Source: a virus
Taxonomy: Duplodnaviria > Heunggongvirae > Uroviricota > Caudoviricetes
Strand: one strand, 5' to 3'
DNA: 64,000 nt
IMG/VR virus record: IMGVR_UViG_3300032007_000048
Location: 1-64,000 of that record
In this document: in pieces, positions 25,806 through 34,197 of the stretch
Numbering within the stretch: the first letter of the stretch is position 1
Layout of the letters: every line of letters starts with the position of its first letter
Position numbers and translations under genes: made by a program
The notes under the pieces: generated by a model
The model's database searches: none
What the model was told of the DNA's origin: nothing
The model's input: only the letters and a program-made list of their open reading frames with translations

Positions 25806-27023
25806 TTATTTTTTGTATGCTATTTTTCTTGCTTCCAGCAAAAGATTATTAACGAAGTCAACATTAATTTCACTTGGAAGTTTTGTTGTTTTCACGGCTT
25901 CATCAAACTTGTTTTTTAACAATGTCGCCTCAGCCATCACCTCATCGTAAGAGAACTCATGATTTCTTATGGCAAGAAGGTGTTTGACATCATCACCTGT
26001 TCTTCTGACATTAAATCCCTTACCCTCAGCAAGTTCAACACCCATTTCCATTAGTCTAATCATGTGAAGGAAGTTTTTGCTGTCATAGTTATAACCTCTA
26101 TTGTTTTCATATCTCACAGGATTTCTATGTTTTTTCCACTCTGTCCAATCCTTGTAATCTTTACAGTGTTTGGTATATGCGTCCTTATTATATACCATAT
26201 AACAAATGGGCAGTTCACCCTTAGGTATTGATGACAATCTAACCTCATTTGATTTGGTAATCTCATCCGGATAAACAATACCTGAGTAATGGAAAAACTC
26301 TTTATTGTTGATTCTGTCTATGATGGACTGTTTGTCCATACCTTCACCAATTATTCTACAAAAAGGATACTTAACACCTTCAATCTGAAAATCAGCGCAG
26401 TACCAATCAATACCCTCAAATTTAAAATAAGCAGCAAAATCATAGTACACACCATAGGTGTCTTTCATGTTGGGTATGTTAACAAGGCCACAATATCTTT
26501 GGTCAAGATGGTATTCATCAAGAAATTCCTTTATTGGTTGGCTACCTTGATTTTTAAAGGTATAACAAAAATCAAGAATATCTTTTCTTTGGAAATCCTC
26601 AGGTATGTTACATTTCTTGTTATATCCACTTGCTTTTTGCAGTTGTTGAAACGCGTATCCCAAAATAGGATTGAGGCATTGTTTAGTTAAAAAGGCTTCC
26701 TTATGATTAAGAATATGTTGCACGGCAGGATGTATATCACCTATAATGCAATCATCAGGAATAAACAATGACTCCATGGATGTGGGGTTTGATTTAAGAA
26801 GTAACTCAACCCACCTTCCCAACTCATAAAAAACGACATCAGATTTTTCATCATTGACTTGTTCAACATATTTGTCTCTTAAACCGTACAAATCGGTCTC
26901 AGGGCAAATAAAAACGCCACCAATGTCCTTGTCACTGGTTTCAGTAAATGTACCATATGCATGTGAACCTCTAATATATTCGTATGCGATTAGGTTATTT
27001 TCTCTAAGATAGTCAATTGTCAT
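25806..27023 (-). CDS. nucleotidyltransferase (pol-beta superfamily) domain protein
   Basis: 405 aa. N-terminal GSHAYGTFTETSDKDIGGVF matches the hG[GS]x9-13Dh[DE]h NTase motif. Confidence 0.55.
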   Translation of the reverse strand: MTIDYLRENNLIAYEYIRGSHAYGTFTETSDKDIGGVFICPETDLYGLRDKYVEQVNDEKSDVVFYELGRWVELLLKSNPTSMESLFIPDDCIIGDIHPAVQHILNHKEAFLTKQCLNPILGYAFQQLQKASGYNKKCNIPEDFQRKDILDFCYTFKNQGSQPIKEFLDEYHLDQRYCGLVNIPNMKDTYGVYYDFAAYFKFEGIDWYCADFQIEGVKYPFCRIIGEGMDKQSIIDRINNKEFFHYSGIVYPDEITKSNEVRLSSIPKGELPICYMVYNKDAYTKHCKDYKDWTEWKKHRNPVRYENNRGYNYDSKNFLHMIRLMEMGVELAEGKGFNVRRTGDDVKHLLAIRNHEFSYDEVMAEATLLKNKFDEAVKTTKLPSEINVDFVNNLLLEARKIAYKK

Positions 27024-27129
27024 GTTTCAAAATTTTAATTGTACTCATTTTTTTTTTACAAATAAACAAAAATATTTTCATTAATAAAAATCTTCGGAAT
27101 AAATCATTCTGTATTTAAACTGTCCATAG

Positions 27130-28383
27130 TTAATTTCTAAAAATGTATAAATTATTACCACACTCAAAAAAATCTGGCCAGTCAAAGTTCTCAATCATTT
27201 TTTCAAATGTCTCTTTACTGAAACCGTCATTTTTTCTTCTTTCAATGTTTTTTTCGATACCCTTAGCCTCAACATATAAGTAATCGGTTATAACGTTATA
27301 CTCTTTTGAGAGTGTGTTAACTATTTCTTCCCTGTATTTCTTTTTAAGGTTTATGTTATTGATAACAATATCATGGCCACATGATGCCGCATGTAACATT
27401 CTTTGGTTGAAAATTTCGGTTACCTTATCTTCCTGTTCCTTTGTGCCGACAATTTTTTGACCATCAGCGCAAAATCCCAATTCTGCTCTAATATCATCCC
27501 TTGACAGGATTTCAGTCTTCCCTTCTTGGAACCTATATAGAAACTCATCACCGTCATACAACGTTATTGTTTTATTATCATCAAACAAATCATCAATAAG
27601 GGTGTTTTTTCCTGAACCAGGCAAACCAATCATCATGAACAAATTAACACTTGGTTTTTTGATGTTAAGTTCATAATCATTAAGATTAAAAAGATACTTG
27701 TTACAAAAATATGGCTTAGTCTCTGAAAGTTTTAAAAAATCAACCAACCTAGTGAAATGGTTTAAAATTCTCATTTCATCGCACTTGATTTCAGAACTAT
27801 GTTCAGACCCCATACAGTCAGCATATTTAAGTCTATATAGTTGCAACAGATTGACTTGACAAGACAACCTTATAATCTCCTCTATATAGTTCTTATGTTT
27901 GATTATATTAAGTGGAAGCATGTGGTATTTAACTAACGCGCATACTTTTTCCCTAAAAGACAAATCCTCATCCCATAACAATCTTCTTGTTATTTTCTCA
28001 CCCTCAAATTCGTGACCATAACTGTGCCAATTACCATCCTTACCTATTTTTGTGGTTACGCCTTTACCGATGTCATGAAAAAGGGCGGCAGTCAAAAGAA
28101 CATCAGCGTCCTCAATCTCAGCGGCTAAACATCTTCCCCTCCAATTTAGTATCATGTCAATGACAACATCACAAACCTTCATAGTATGTGTCATGACATC
28201 GCCTTCACTATGCCATTTAGGATTTTGCTCACAGTTTTTCAAAACGGCAAATTCAGGAACCTGCTCTACCGCTTCCCAATTTATAGAACAATTGGTAAAA
28301 TCAATTAAATCTGATGCTTTCATTTTTTTTTCTTTAAATAACCTGACAAAAAATACCGTAGTCATAATACAAAGTATCCTCAA
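27130..28383 (-). CDS. HD-domain phosphohydrolase / P-loop kinase fusion (polynucleotide kinase-phosphatase-like)
   Basis: 417 aa. An H...HD motif (KWHSEGDVMTH ... ALFHDIGK) is in the N-terminal half, and Walker A GLPGSGKNT is in the C-terminal half. Confidence 0.55.
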   Translation of the reverse strand: MRILCIMTTVFFVRLFKEKKMKASDLIDFTNCSINWEAVEQVPEFAVLKNCEQNPKWHSEGDVMTHTMKVCDVVIDMILNWRGRCLAAEIEDADVLLTAALFHDIGKGVTTKIGKDGNWHSYGHEFEGEKITRRLLWDEDLSFREKVCALVKYHMLPLNIIKHKNYIEEIIRLSCQVNLLQLYRLKYADCMGSEHSSEIKCDEMRILNHFTRLVDFLKLSETKPYFCNKYLFNLNDYELNIKKPSVNLFMMIGLPGSGKNTLIDDLFDDNKTITLYDGDEFLYRFQEGKTEILSRDDIRAELGFCADGQKIVGTKEQEDKVTEIFNQRMLHAASCGHDIVINNINLKKKYREEIVNTLSKEYNVITDYLYVEAKGIEKNIERRKNDGFSKETFEKMIENFDWPDFFECGNNLYIFRN

Positions 28384-28558
28384 GGTCTTCTATGTTTTTG
28401 CATGAGTACTTCTCAAGGTACTTGTTGACATTTTCTGAATAAATTCTCATAACGCCATTGTCCAAATCAATGAAATCCTGATGAGAGATAATGTCATTTT
28501 TAAACTCACTGTTATTAATAAGTGTTTCTTTAAACGCGTCAAGTGTAAATGTTTTCAT
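28334..28558 (-). CDS. hypothetical small protein
   Basis: 74-aa ORF; a Bacteroidetes-type promoter motif lies immediately upstream on the minus strand. Confidence 0.4.
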   Translation of the reverse strand: MKTFTLDAFKETLINNSEFKNDIISHQDFIDLDNGVMRIYSENVNKYLEKYSCKNIEDLEDTLYYDYGIFCQVI

Positions 28559-28582
28559 GTTTTTTTACTTTTGTTACAATTA

Positions 28583-28590
28583 CAAATATA
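28583..28590 (-). promoter_or_regulatory. Bacteroidetes-type -7 box TATATTTG (minus strand)
   Basis: Plus-strand caaatata within the conserved element ttacaaatatacaaaaatcgtgccgaaaaacaaaa, about 25 nt upstream of ATG 28558. Confidence 0.45.
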
Positions 28591-28612
28591 CAAAAATCGT
28601 GCCGAAAAACAA

Positions 28613-28640
28613 AAATGTCTCAGATTATTCTGAGACATTT
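28613..28640 (-). terminator. hairpin terminator of gene 28625..28858; the stop codon is in the loop
   Basis: aatgtctcaga ttat tctgagacatt (11-bp stem), followed on the minus strand by a T-rich stretch. Confidence 0.55.
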
Positions 28641-28858
28641 TCAACATAGTCACCGTTAAAGTCCTTGTCCATTTCCTCAACAACATGTTCAGCAAGTTCA
28701 AGTCCCTGTCTGAATCTGCTACTTGGTCCCAAGTCAACCAAACGATGTTCGAACTCCGCTCTCACCTTATGTAACTCATGGTGCTCAGCATAGTGCCATG
28801 TGGTAAAACACCCCACAATCAAAATAACAATAAAAAGAACAATCCAAAACATAATCAA
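28625..28858 (-). CDS. small membrane protein (N-terminal TM)
   Basis: 77 aa; MIMFWIVLFIVILIVGCF hydrophobic helix. Confidence 0.45.
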   Translation of the reverse strand: MIMFWIVLFIVILIVGCFTTWHYAEHHELHKVRAEFEHRLVDLGPSSRFRQGLELAEHVVEEMDKDFNGDYVENVSE

Positions 28859-28864
28859 TATATT

Positions 28865-29707
28865 TTACTTTTGCTTAATGTCCCACATTTGTGTGGAATT
28901 GCCAAGAAGAACATCCACATTCACATTTTCCTTGTTCTTAATCATCTCAACTTTCTCCAACTCAATCTCAGCATATCTTAGTTTGATAAAAGCGTCAGAG
29001 GACAATCCCATTGAGTTCATATATGACTTATCAGCATAAGCCCTTTTTTGTTCGGTAATGGCACGTTGCTCCTCCATTTCCTGTTGTCTTTCCTGAGTGA
29101 TTTTCTGCTGAGCCATGGCAGCGGTCTTGTTAAGTTCCTCAAGAACCATATCGTTCGGCTTAGCCTTGTCCACAACAACGTTCACAATCTCAATTGGAAA
29201 TTCAGCGATACCGTTAAGTTTGTCAAAATATGCTTGCATCTTCTGAGTAATATCAAGTTTTACTTGGTCATATACTTCCCTATCAGAAACAAGTGTATAC
29301 ATATTGTATGTACTGATAAAGTTTCTAACAATTTCTCTGAAATTTTCTTTAACATTATTGTTATACCAATCAGTACCGTAATTCTTGTGTAGAATCGGTG
29401 ACTTACCGTCCTTAATTTTAAGTGTGATATGCGCGCTCAAATCAAGTGGTGTGTTGTCATCACAGAAAACATCATCAAACTGTTCGGTATATTTGACAGG
29501 GATTTTCTTGTACCTGACAAAACTTGTTGTCCATACTCTCCACTCCGAACCTTGCGTAAGTGCCCTTTCCTGAACACCACCATGTCCGAAAAACATGGGC
29601 TTCATGATAAACACACCTTCCTCATCACCATCAACAGTTGACAAAGAACAACTGTTTACTGTAAACATCGCCATAACCATGGCCAAAAAGCAAAAAATTC
29701 TCTTCAT
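28865..29707 (-). CDS. lipoprotein, SPFH/band-7-like (putative)
   Basis: 280 aa. Signal peptide with lipobox (FTVNSC). The Q/E/R/A-rich C-terminal helix is reminiscent of SPFH/HflK proteins. Confidence 0.4.
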   Translation of the reverse strand: MKRIFCFLAMVMAMFTVNSCSLSTVDGDEEGVFIMKPMFFGHGGVQERALTQGSEWRVWTTSFVRYKKIPVKYTEQFDDVFCDDNTPLDLSAHITLKIKDGKSPILHKNYGTDWYNNNVKENFREIVRNFISTYNMYTLVSDREVYDQVKLDITQKMQAYFDKLNGIAEFPIEIVNVVVDKAKPNDMVLEELNKTAAMAQQKITQERQQEMEEQRAITEQKRAYADKSYMNSMGLSSDAFIKLRYAEIELEKVEMIKNKENVNVDVLLGNSTQMWDIKQK

Positions 29708-29727
29708 AATAAATGTTTTTTAAAAAT

Positions 29728-30306
29728 TTAAATTCTTTTGTACTTTTCCTTTTCAATGGCATACGCAAGCTCGTTTGCCTGTCTCACAACTGTAGCCAAT
29801 ACGCATTCAAAATATTTACCACCTTTTTCTTCATTTTCCTTGTCAAGACATCTGATAGCTTCAAATTCTTCCGCTGACAAGGTTATGCCCCTGTTCATGG
29901 CGTTAAGGATACTTCTCTCACCGAACTTCAACTTACCCTCAGTTTCGGCGAATTTGTAATTCAAACCTCTCTTGTCAATTTCCCATTGGTTGTCATTAGG
30001 CTCAAACATCTCTATTTTTGACAAATGCATAAGCAAACATACCCTTAACAATGAGATGGTGTTTATATTAAATGTCCCACTAATCATTTTCGCAATTCTT
30101 GTTGCCAACGCAGTTATCAGATTAATGTGAACAATTAACGCACCAGGATATGCGCATCCTGTGTCATCACTTAAGGCACATGACGCAATTTTCAATTGTG
30201 CTTTCAGTGTCTCAATGTCATAGAACCTGTCAAGACCTACCTCTCTTATATTATTATAAAAGGTAGTCCATTCTTTTTCAAAATCACTTGTAAGTACTGT
30301 TTTCAT
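29728..30306 (-). CDS. hypothetical protein
   Basis: 192-aa ORF. The -7 box caaatata (plus 30318..30325) lies 12 nt upstream of its ATG on the minus strand. Confidence 0.45.
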   Translation of the reverse strand: MKTVLTSDFEKEWTTFYNNIREVGLDRFYDIETLKAQLKIASCALSDDTGCAYPGALIVHINLITALATRIAKMISGTFNINTISLLRVCLLMHLSKIEMFEPNDNQWEIDKRGLNYKFAETEGKLKFGERSILNAMNRGITLSAEEFEAIRCLDKENEEKGGKYFECVLATVVRQANELAYAIEKEKYKRI

Positions 30307-30330
30307 CTTTTTTTTTACAAATATATAAAA

Positions 30331-31179
30331 CTATTTTTTTAAAGCAAAATAATCAAGAACAATTTCGTTGTTGTCATAGTATTTCACATTACCTTCGTCA
30401 TCACAATAAAAAGCTGTTCTCAAATCAACACAGTATCTTTGGTTTTTAAGGTTAATGGCAAAATTTTTCAAATATGTGTGACCAAAAACTTGCACATAAT
30501 TCAATTTGCTTTCAAAATCAGGATTGGACAACTCAAAATAGTGCTCATTTACATCAGCCCATATTAGACTACCATAACGGTCATAACCACCCCTGCTATA
30601 TGACATTTCTTTCATTAAAGCCCAAAATTGTAGGTATTCCTCATCATCTTTAAATGATAAAAAGTATTTGTTGTTAATAAAGTCACATATATTATCAGCC
30701 TTTAAATCATGGGACTTTAGCCAACCGTCAGTTATACCTGCGTGTGAGAACAAAAAATCCTTACCACCTATTTTTTTCTGAAAACAAATTTGAAACTGTT
30801 CCTGATTTTTACAGTAAAGACTGATATTTCTTCCTTGGTTCTCATAGTCATAACGGCATTCACAAACACTAAGGGGTCCAATACAACAACCATCATGATT
30901 ACCAACTAACAAATGGATTCTTTCTGGATTTTGTTTCTTTAAATCAATTATTTCCTTAAGATATTCAAAACCATTGTCCAAACACTCTTTTCTTAATTTG
31001 TTGTCCCATGTACCGGTAAATGTGTCGTAACCATCCCATTCAAATGGGTATGGTGACAGATAATCACCCAAAAACACTATATCGGACTCAGGGTGATTAG
31101 ACAGTGTGTCATATACAGGTTTTCTCCAAAAATCCCTGCAATGGACATCAGGTATTATCAATGTGTTTATTTTTCTCAT
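30331..31179 (-). CDS. calcineurin-like metallophosphoesterase
   Basis: 282 aa. DVHCRDF, FLGDY and LVGNHD motifs. Confidence 0.65.
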   Translation of the reverse strand: MRKINTLIIPDVHCRDFWRKPVYDTLSNHPESDIVFLGDYLSPYPFEWDGYDTFTGTWDNKLRKECLDNGFEYLKEIIDLKKQNPERIHLLVGNHDGCCIGPLSVCECRYDYENQGRNISLYCKNQEQFQICFQKKIGGKDFLFSHAGITDGWLKSHDLKADNICDFINNKYFLSFKDDEEYLQFWALMKEMSYSRGGYDRYGSLIWADVNEHYFELSNPDFESKLNYVQVFGHTYLKNFAINLKNQRYCVDLRTAFYCDDEGNVKYYDNNEIVLDYFALKK

Positions 31180-31307
31180 TTGTTTCTAACAAAATATGTA
31201 TTGTGTATACTCGGTAACCTTAAAACTTTCAGGATATCTTTTCTCAAAATATTCAATTTGTTCCATTTCTGACAGCCAATTGAAAATATAACCTTCAAGT
31301 ATGTCAT
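31176..31307 (-). CDS. small ORF (43 aa) not in the supplied track
   Basis: MTYLKVIFSIGCQKWNKLNILRKDILKVLRLPSIHNTYFVRNK. Its stop overlaps the ATG of 30331..31179 (ATGA). Translated by hand. Confidence 0.25.
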   Translation of the reverse strand: MTYLKVIFSIGCQKWNKLNILRKDILKVLRLPSIHNTYFVRNK

Positions 31308-31336
31308 TATTAGTTATTTCTGTGTTATGTGAACTA

Positions 31337-31356
31337 CCCCCACTTAAAGTTGGGGG
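31337..31356. other. GC hairpin CCCCCA-N8-TGGGGG
   Basis: cccccacttaaagttggggg. It has the same architecture as the hairpins at 20909 and 22331. Confidence 0.5.
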
Positions 31357-31475
31357 CTTCTGTTTTCAATGGCATCAAAAAAATTTCGGACATTGTAACC
31401 TTTTTTAATATTGTTAATATATTTTGTGAAATCAATTCCATCAAGAATTTTAATGTTGTCTTCTGTTTTGTCCAT
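31344..31475 (-). CDS. small ORF (43 aa) not in the supplied track
   Basis: MDKTEDNIKILDGIDFTKYINNIKKGYNVRNFFDAIENRSPQL. Its stop codon lies in the loop of the GC hairpin 31337..31356. Confidence 0.25.
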   Translation of the reverse strand: MDKTEDNIKILDGIDFTKYINNIKKGYNVRNFFDAIENRSPQL

Positions 31476-31596
31476 AATTTATTTTTCTTTTTTAATTATG
31501 TTTTTAGTCACTACAAAGTACACCACACACAGACTGCCCACAATAACGGTAACCGATGTCGTTAAATGTTTTCATAATAATATTTTTACTTTTTTA

Positions 31597-31604
31597 CAAA
31601 TATA
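31597..31604 (-). promoter_or_regulatory. Bacteroidetes-type -7 box TATATTTG (minus strand)
   Basis: Plus-strand caaatata within tttttacttttttacaaatatataaaaatcatgcagaaaaacaaaa, a copy of the 28561..28616 element. It lies upstream of the small minus-strand ORFs. Confidence 0.4.
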
Positions 31605-31659
31605 TAAAAATCATGCAGAAAAACAAAAACAATGGTAAAAATAATAAGGAATATTTTTC

Positions 31660-32649
31660 GTGAGGATGATGATTTTCCTTATTGTTAAAATATTTATTAT
31701 TATAATAACAAGTAAAATTACTAAATTAATTATGAGTAGATACATCCACAAATTTGACACAGTTACCGAATATACAACGGCAAGAAATAATAATTATCTT
31801 GAGCCTTGGGTATCTTATACTGAGGAAAATACCAAAGTTGATTATAATAAAGAAAAGTGGCCTTTTGGTTTACTTGAGACACCACTTACATTTGAGATAA
31901 CGGGTGGCGGTAATATTGTTTGGAATGCACGTAACACCGCATTAACTAAAACCATTGAATATAGTAAAGATAATGGTGCGACATGGACATCCATTACAAG
32001 TAATACCGGCTCATCAGTACCAAGTATATCAGTTGTGTCAGGTGACACCTTACAGTTCCGTGGAAATAACACCACATATGGCACATCATCTTATTATAAC
32101 ACATTCAGCGGTAGTACTGCACAATTCAAGGTTAAGGGTAATATAATGTCTTTGATTAACTCAACTAATTTCAGTGGACTGACCACATTCGAAAGTGATT
32201 ATACATTTTATATCTTATTTGCTGCTTGTACCGGTTTAACTGATGCAAGTAAACTACTGTTACCTGCAACTACATTAACAGAAAGTTGTTATAATGGTAT
32301 GTTCCAAGATTGTACAAGTCTAACAACAGCACCACAGTTACCTGCAACAACATTAGCAAAGATTTGTTATAGTAGTATGTTCTATGGTTGTACAAGCCTT
32401 ACCACCGCGCCTGAACTTCCTGCTACTACATTGGCAAATTATTGTTATAGTAGTATGTTCCAAGGTTGTACTAATCTTAATTATATTAAATGTCTTGCCA
32501 CAGATATATCAGCAAGTGATTATACAATGTATTGGGTACAAGGTGTCCAAACATCAACAGGTACATTTGTCACCCCATCAACTACCGATTGGTCATCAAA
32601 AACAGGTACAAGTGGTATTCCAAATGGTTGGACAAGGGTTGATGCTTAG
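31660..32649 (+). CDS. LRR (BspA/LRR_5-like) tail/receptor-binding protein
   Basis: 329 aa. N-terminal TM/signal, the N-domain (YLEPWVSYTEENTKV...PLTFEITGGG), three or four 23-aa LPATTLxxxCYxxMF repeats, and the C-terminus NYIKCLATDISAS. TAG stop. Confidence 0.6.
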   Translation: MRMMIFLIVKIFIIIITSKITKLIMSRYIHKFDTVTEYTTARNNNYLEPWVSYTEENTKVDYNKEKWPFGLLETPLTFEITGGGNIVWNARNTALTKTIEYSKDNGATWTSITSNTGSSVPSISVVSGDTLQFRGNNTTYGTSSYYNTFSGSTAQFKVKGNIMSLINSTNFSGLTTFESDYTFYILFAACTGLTDASKLLLPATTLTESCYNGMFQDCTSLTTAPQLPATTLAKICYSSMFYGCTSLTTAPELPATTLANYCYSSMFQGCTNLNYIKCLATDISASDYTMYWVQGVQTSTGTFVTPSTTDWSSKTGTSGIPNGWTRVDA

Positions 32650-32660
32650 TATATAGTAAA

Positions 32661-32696
32661 AAGAGAGGTAAGTAATTACCTCTCTTTTCTTTTGAT
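32661..32696. terminator. bidirectional intrinsic terminator
   Basis: agagaggtaa / ttacctctct 10-bp stem with gtaa loop, followed by tttcttttg. Confidence 0.65.
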
Positions 32697-32699
32697 TAG

Positions 32700-33863
32700 T
32701 TAAATAATCTTTTTTCTTTCCTTAATATATGAGTCATCCTCATAGTTATAAATGTCGGCAAGGGTAAGACCCTTATTTGAGTGTGGTGCGACAAAATCCT
32801 TAGGAAGTTCAGGTATTCCGTTCTCATCCTCATTATCCTCCTCCTTCGCTTTTTCACTATAAATAAATTCAAGAAGATTGTTTGTTTTCTCAACAGTAAG
32901 TGGTTTGAACTCATACTTGCTCACAAGTCTGCCTTTCCTCATAAGGGCACTGTCAATATCATTGACATCAGCGTTAAACGTGCAAATGAATTTAATGCCA
33001 AGGTCATCAGCAAGGAGACCGTCAGACATATTAAGTATGGTTGACACACCTGAGGTCATGCCTGTGTTTTTCCTGTCCCTGATAACTTCCTCACAGTCCT
33101 CAAGAATCACGATATGGTCATTAAGTGTGTTAATGAAGGTCGTAAAGGCAGGTTGTCCAAGAAGGGGAACCAAGTCAGGTGTGACATACACAAATTTTCT
33201 ATCTGGGTTCGTGTTAATAAGGTTCCTGATATAAGTTGTTTTTCCTGTGCCTTTTTCTCCATGAAGGATAATCAGACCACTTTTATCCTTATCAGCGACA
33301 AACCTTCTGATTTTCTCATCCTCATGGGCGAAATCATCATTATATTGTCTTTCTATGGAAAAGTTCTTAACTTCCTTGATTTTGCTTTTTTGAAGGTAAA
33401 AACCAGCGGAAGACTGCGCGATTTTCCAAATGTTACCTTTTTCCTCCTCAGGTGAGACATAAAAGTCATACAGCAAGTTCGTGAAGTTTTTAAGTGACTC
33501 AACATTGTCATGGCCATAAAGAATATAAGACTCATTTATCTGTTTCTCAAACCTTGCGTAGATGTTTTCTTTGAGCAGTTGGATACAGAAACCGAAATTA
33601 TCTTCCTTAGTGTCAATGTTATGTGTCACATATTGAATGTAAGACATCTCTTCTTCATTATATTTCTCTTTCAGAAAATCGAAGAACTTTGCCACATCAA
33701 AATACTTGTCATTGTTCTTATAGTCTTTGGTGAACATATAACAATTGGGGAAGTAGCCGTTGTTGGTGTAGAAAAGGTTCTGCAATGACAGACCGTCAAC
33801 CTCATTGTAAACGCTTGACATTGTTTGGTCAAGCCTCAAATTTTTAAAATTACTATCCTTCAT
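32700..33863 (-). CDS. AAA+ ATPase
   Basis: 387 aa. Walker A GEKGTGKT and Walker B HIVILEDCEE. A -7 box caaatata (plus 33893..33900) lies 30 nt upstream on the minus strand. Confidence 0.65.
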   Translation of the reverse strand: MKDSNFKNLRLDQTMSSVYNEVDGLSLQNLFYTNNGYFPNCYMFTKDYKNNDKYFDVAKFFDFLKEKYNEEEMSYIQYVTHNIDTKEDNFGFCIQLLKENIYARFEKQINESYILYGHDNVESLKNFTNLLYDFYVSPEEEKGNIWKIAQSSAGFYLQKSKIKEVKNFSIERQYNDDFAHEDEKIRRFVADKDKSGLIILHGEKGTGKTTYIRNLINTNPDRKFVYVTPDLVPLLGQPAFTTFINTLNDHIVILEDCEEVIRDRKNTGMTSGVSTILNMSDGLLADDLGIKFICTFNADVNDIDSALMRKGRLVSKYEFKPLTVEKTNNLLEFIYSEKAKEEDNEDENGIPELPKDFVAPHSNKGLTLADIYNYEDDSYIKERKKII

Positions 33864-33924
33864 ATTTTAACAAATTATTGATTTTTCTGTTGCAAATATA
33901 TGACAAAAAAATTAAAAAACAAAA

Positions 33925-34197
33925 CTAAATTTTATCAAAATCAGATTTAATACAGTCAACAGATGCCGTGTACCATGGGTCTTCTTCTGGAACATATGTT
34001 CTGTCAGTGAACTCACTGGTATAGACAACACTTTCCCAATTATTAATATCGTCCCTGTAATCGTCCTCATAATGATGATAATATTGAAGGTTCCATATGT
34101 CACAGGAATAACCTTCAGTGACAAAATCACCATTTTCTTCGTTATATCTCACATTTCTGTAAAGAGTATCAGGTCTCATAAATCTGTTCTTTGACAT
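33925..34197 (-). CDS. hypothetical small protein
   Basis: 90-aa ORF, overlaps the helicase gene by 29 nt. Confidence 0.35.
   Translation of the reverse strand: MSKNRFMRPDTLYRNVRYNEENGDFVTEGYSCDIWNLQYYHHYEDDYRDDINNWESVVYTSEFTDRTYVPEEDPWYTASVDCIKSDFDKI

Noticed and set aside
31329-31638. Plus-strand ORFs 31329..31565 and 31411..31638 from the supplied track
   Set aside because: They are antisense to a coherent set of small minus-strand ORFs, lack an upstream promoter and overlap each other. They are treated as spurious.
23985-32649. Diversity-generating retroelement acting on the LRR/C-terminal modules
   Set aside because: No reverse transcriptase and no template-repeat/variable-repeat pair with adenine-specific differences were found in the window. 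The variation looks like ordinary paralog divergence.
32700-33863. AAA+ ATPase as the sigma-54 enhancer-binding activator for the TGGCAYG-N4-TTGTA motifs
   Set aside because: GEKGTGKT resembles the enhancer-binding-protein Walker A, but there is no GAFTGA loop and no DNA-binding HTH. It looks like a generic AAA+ protein.
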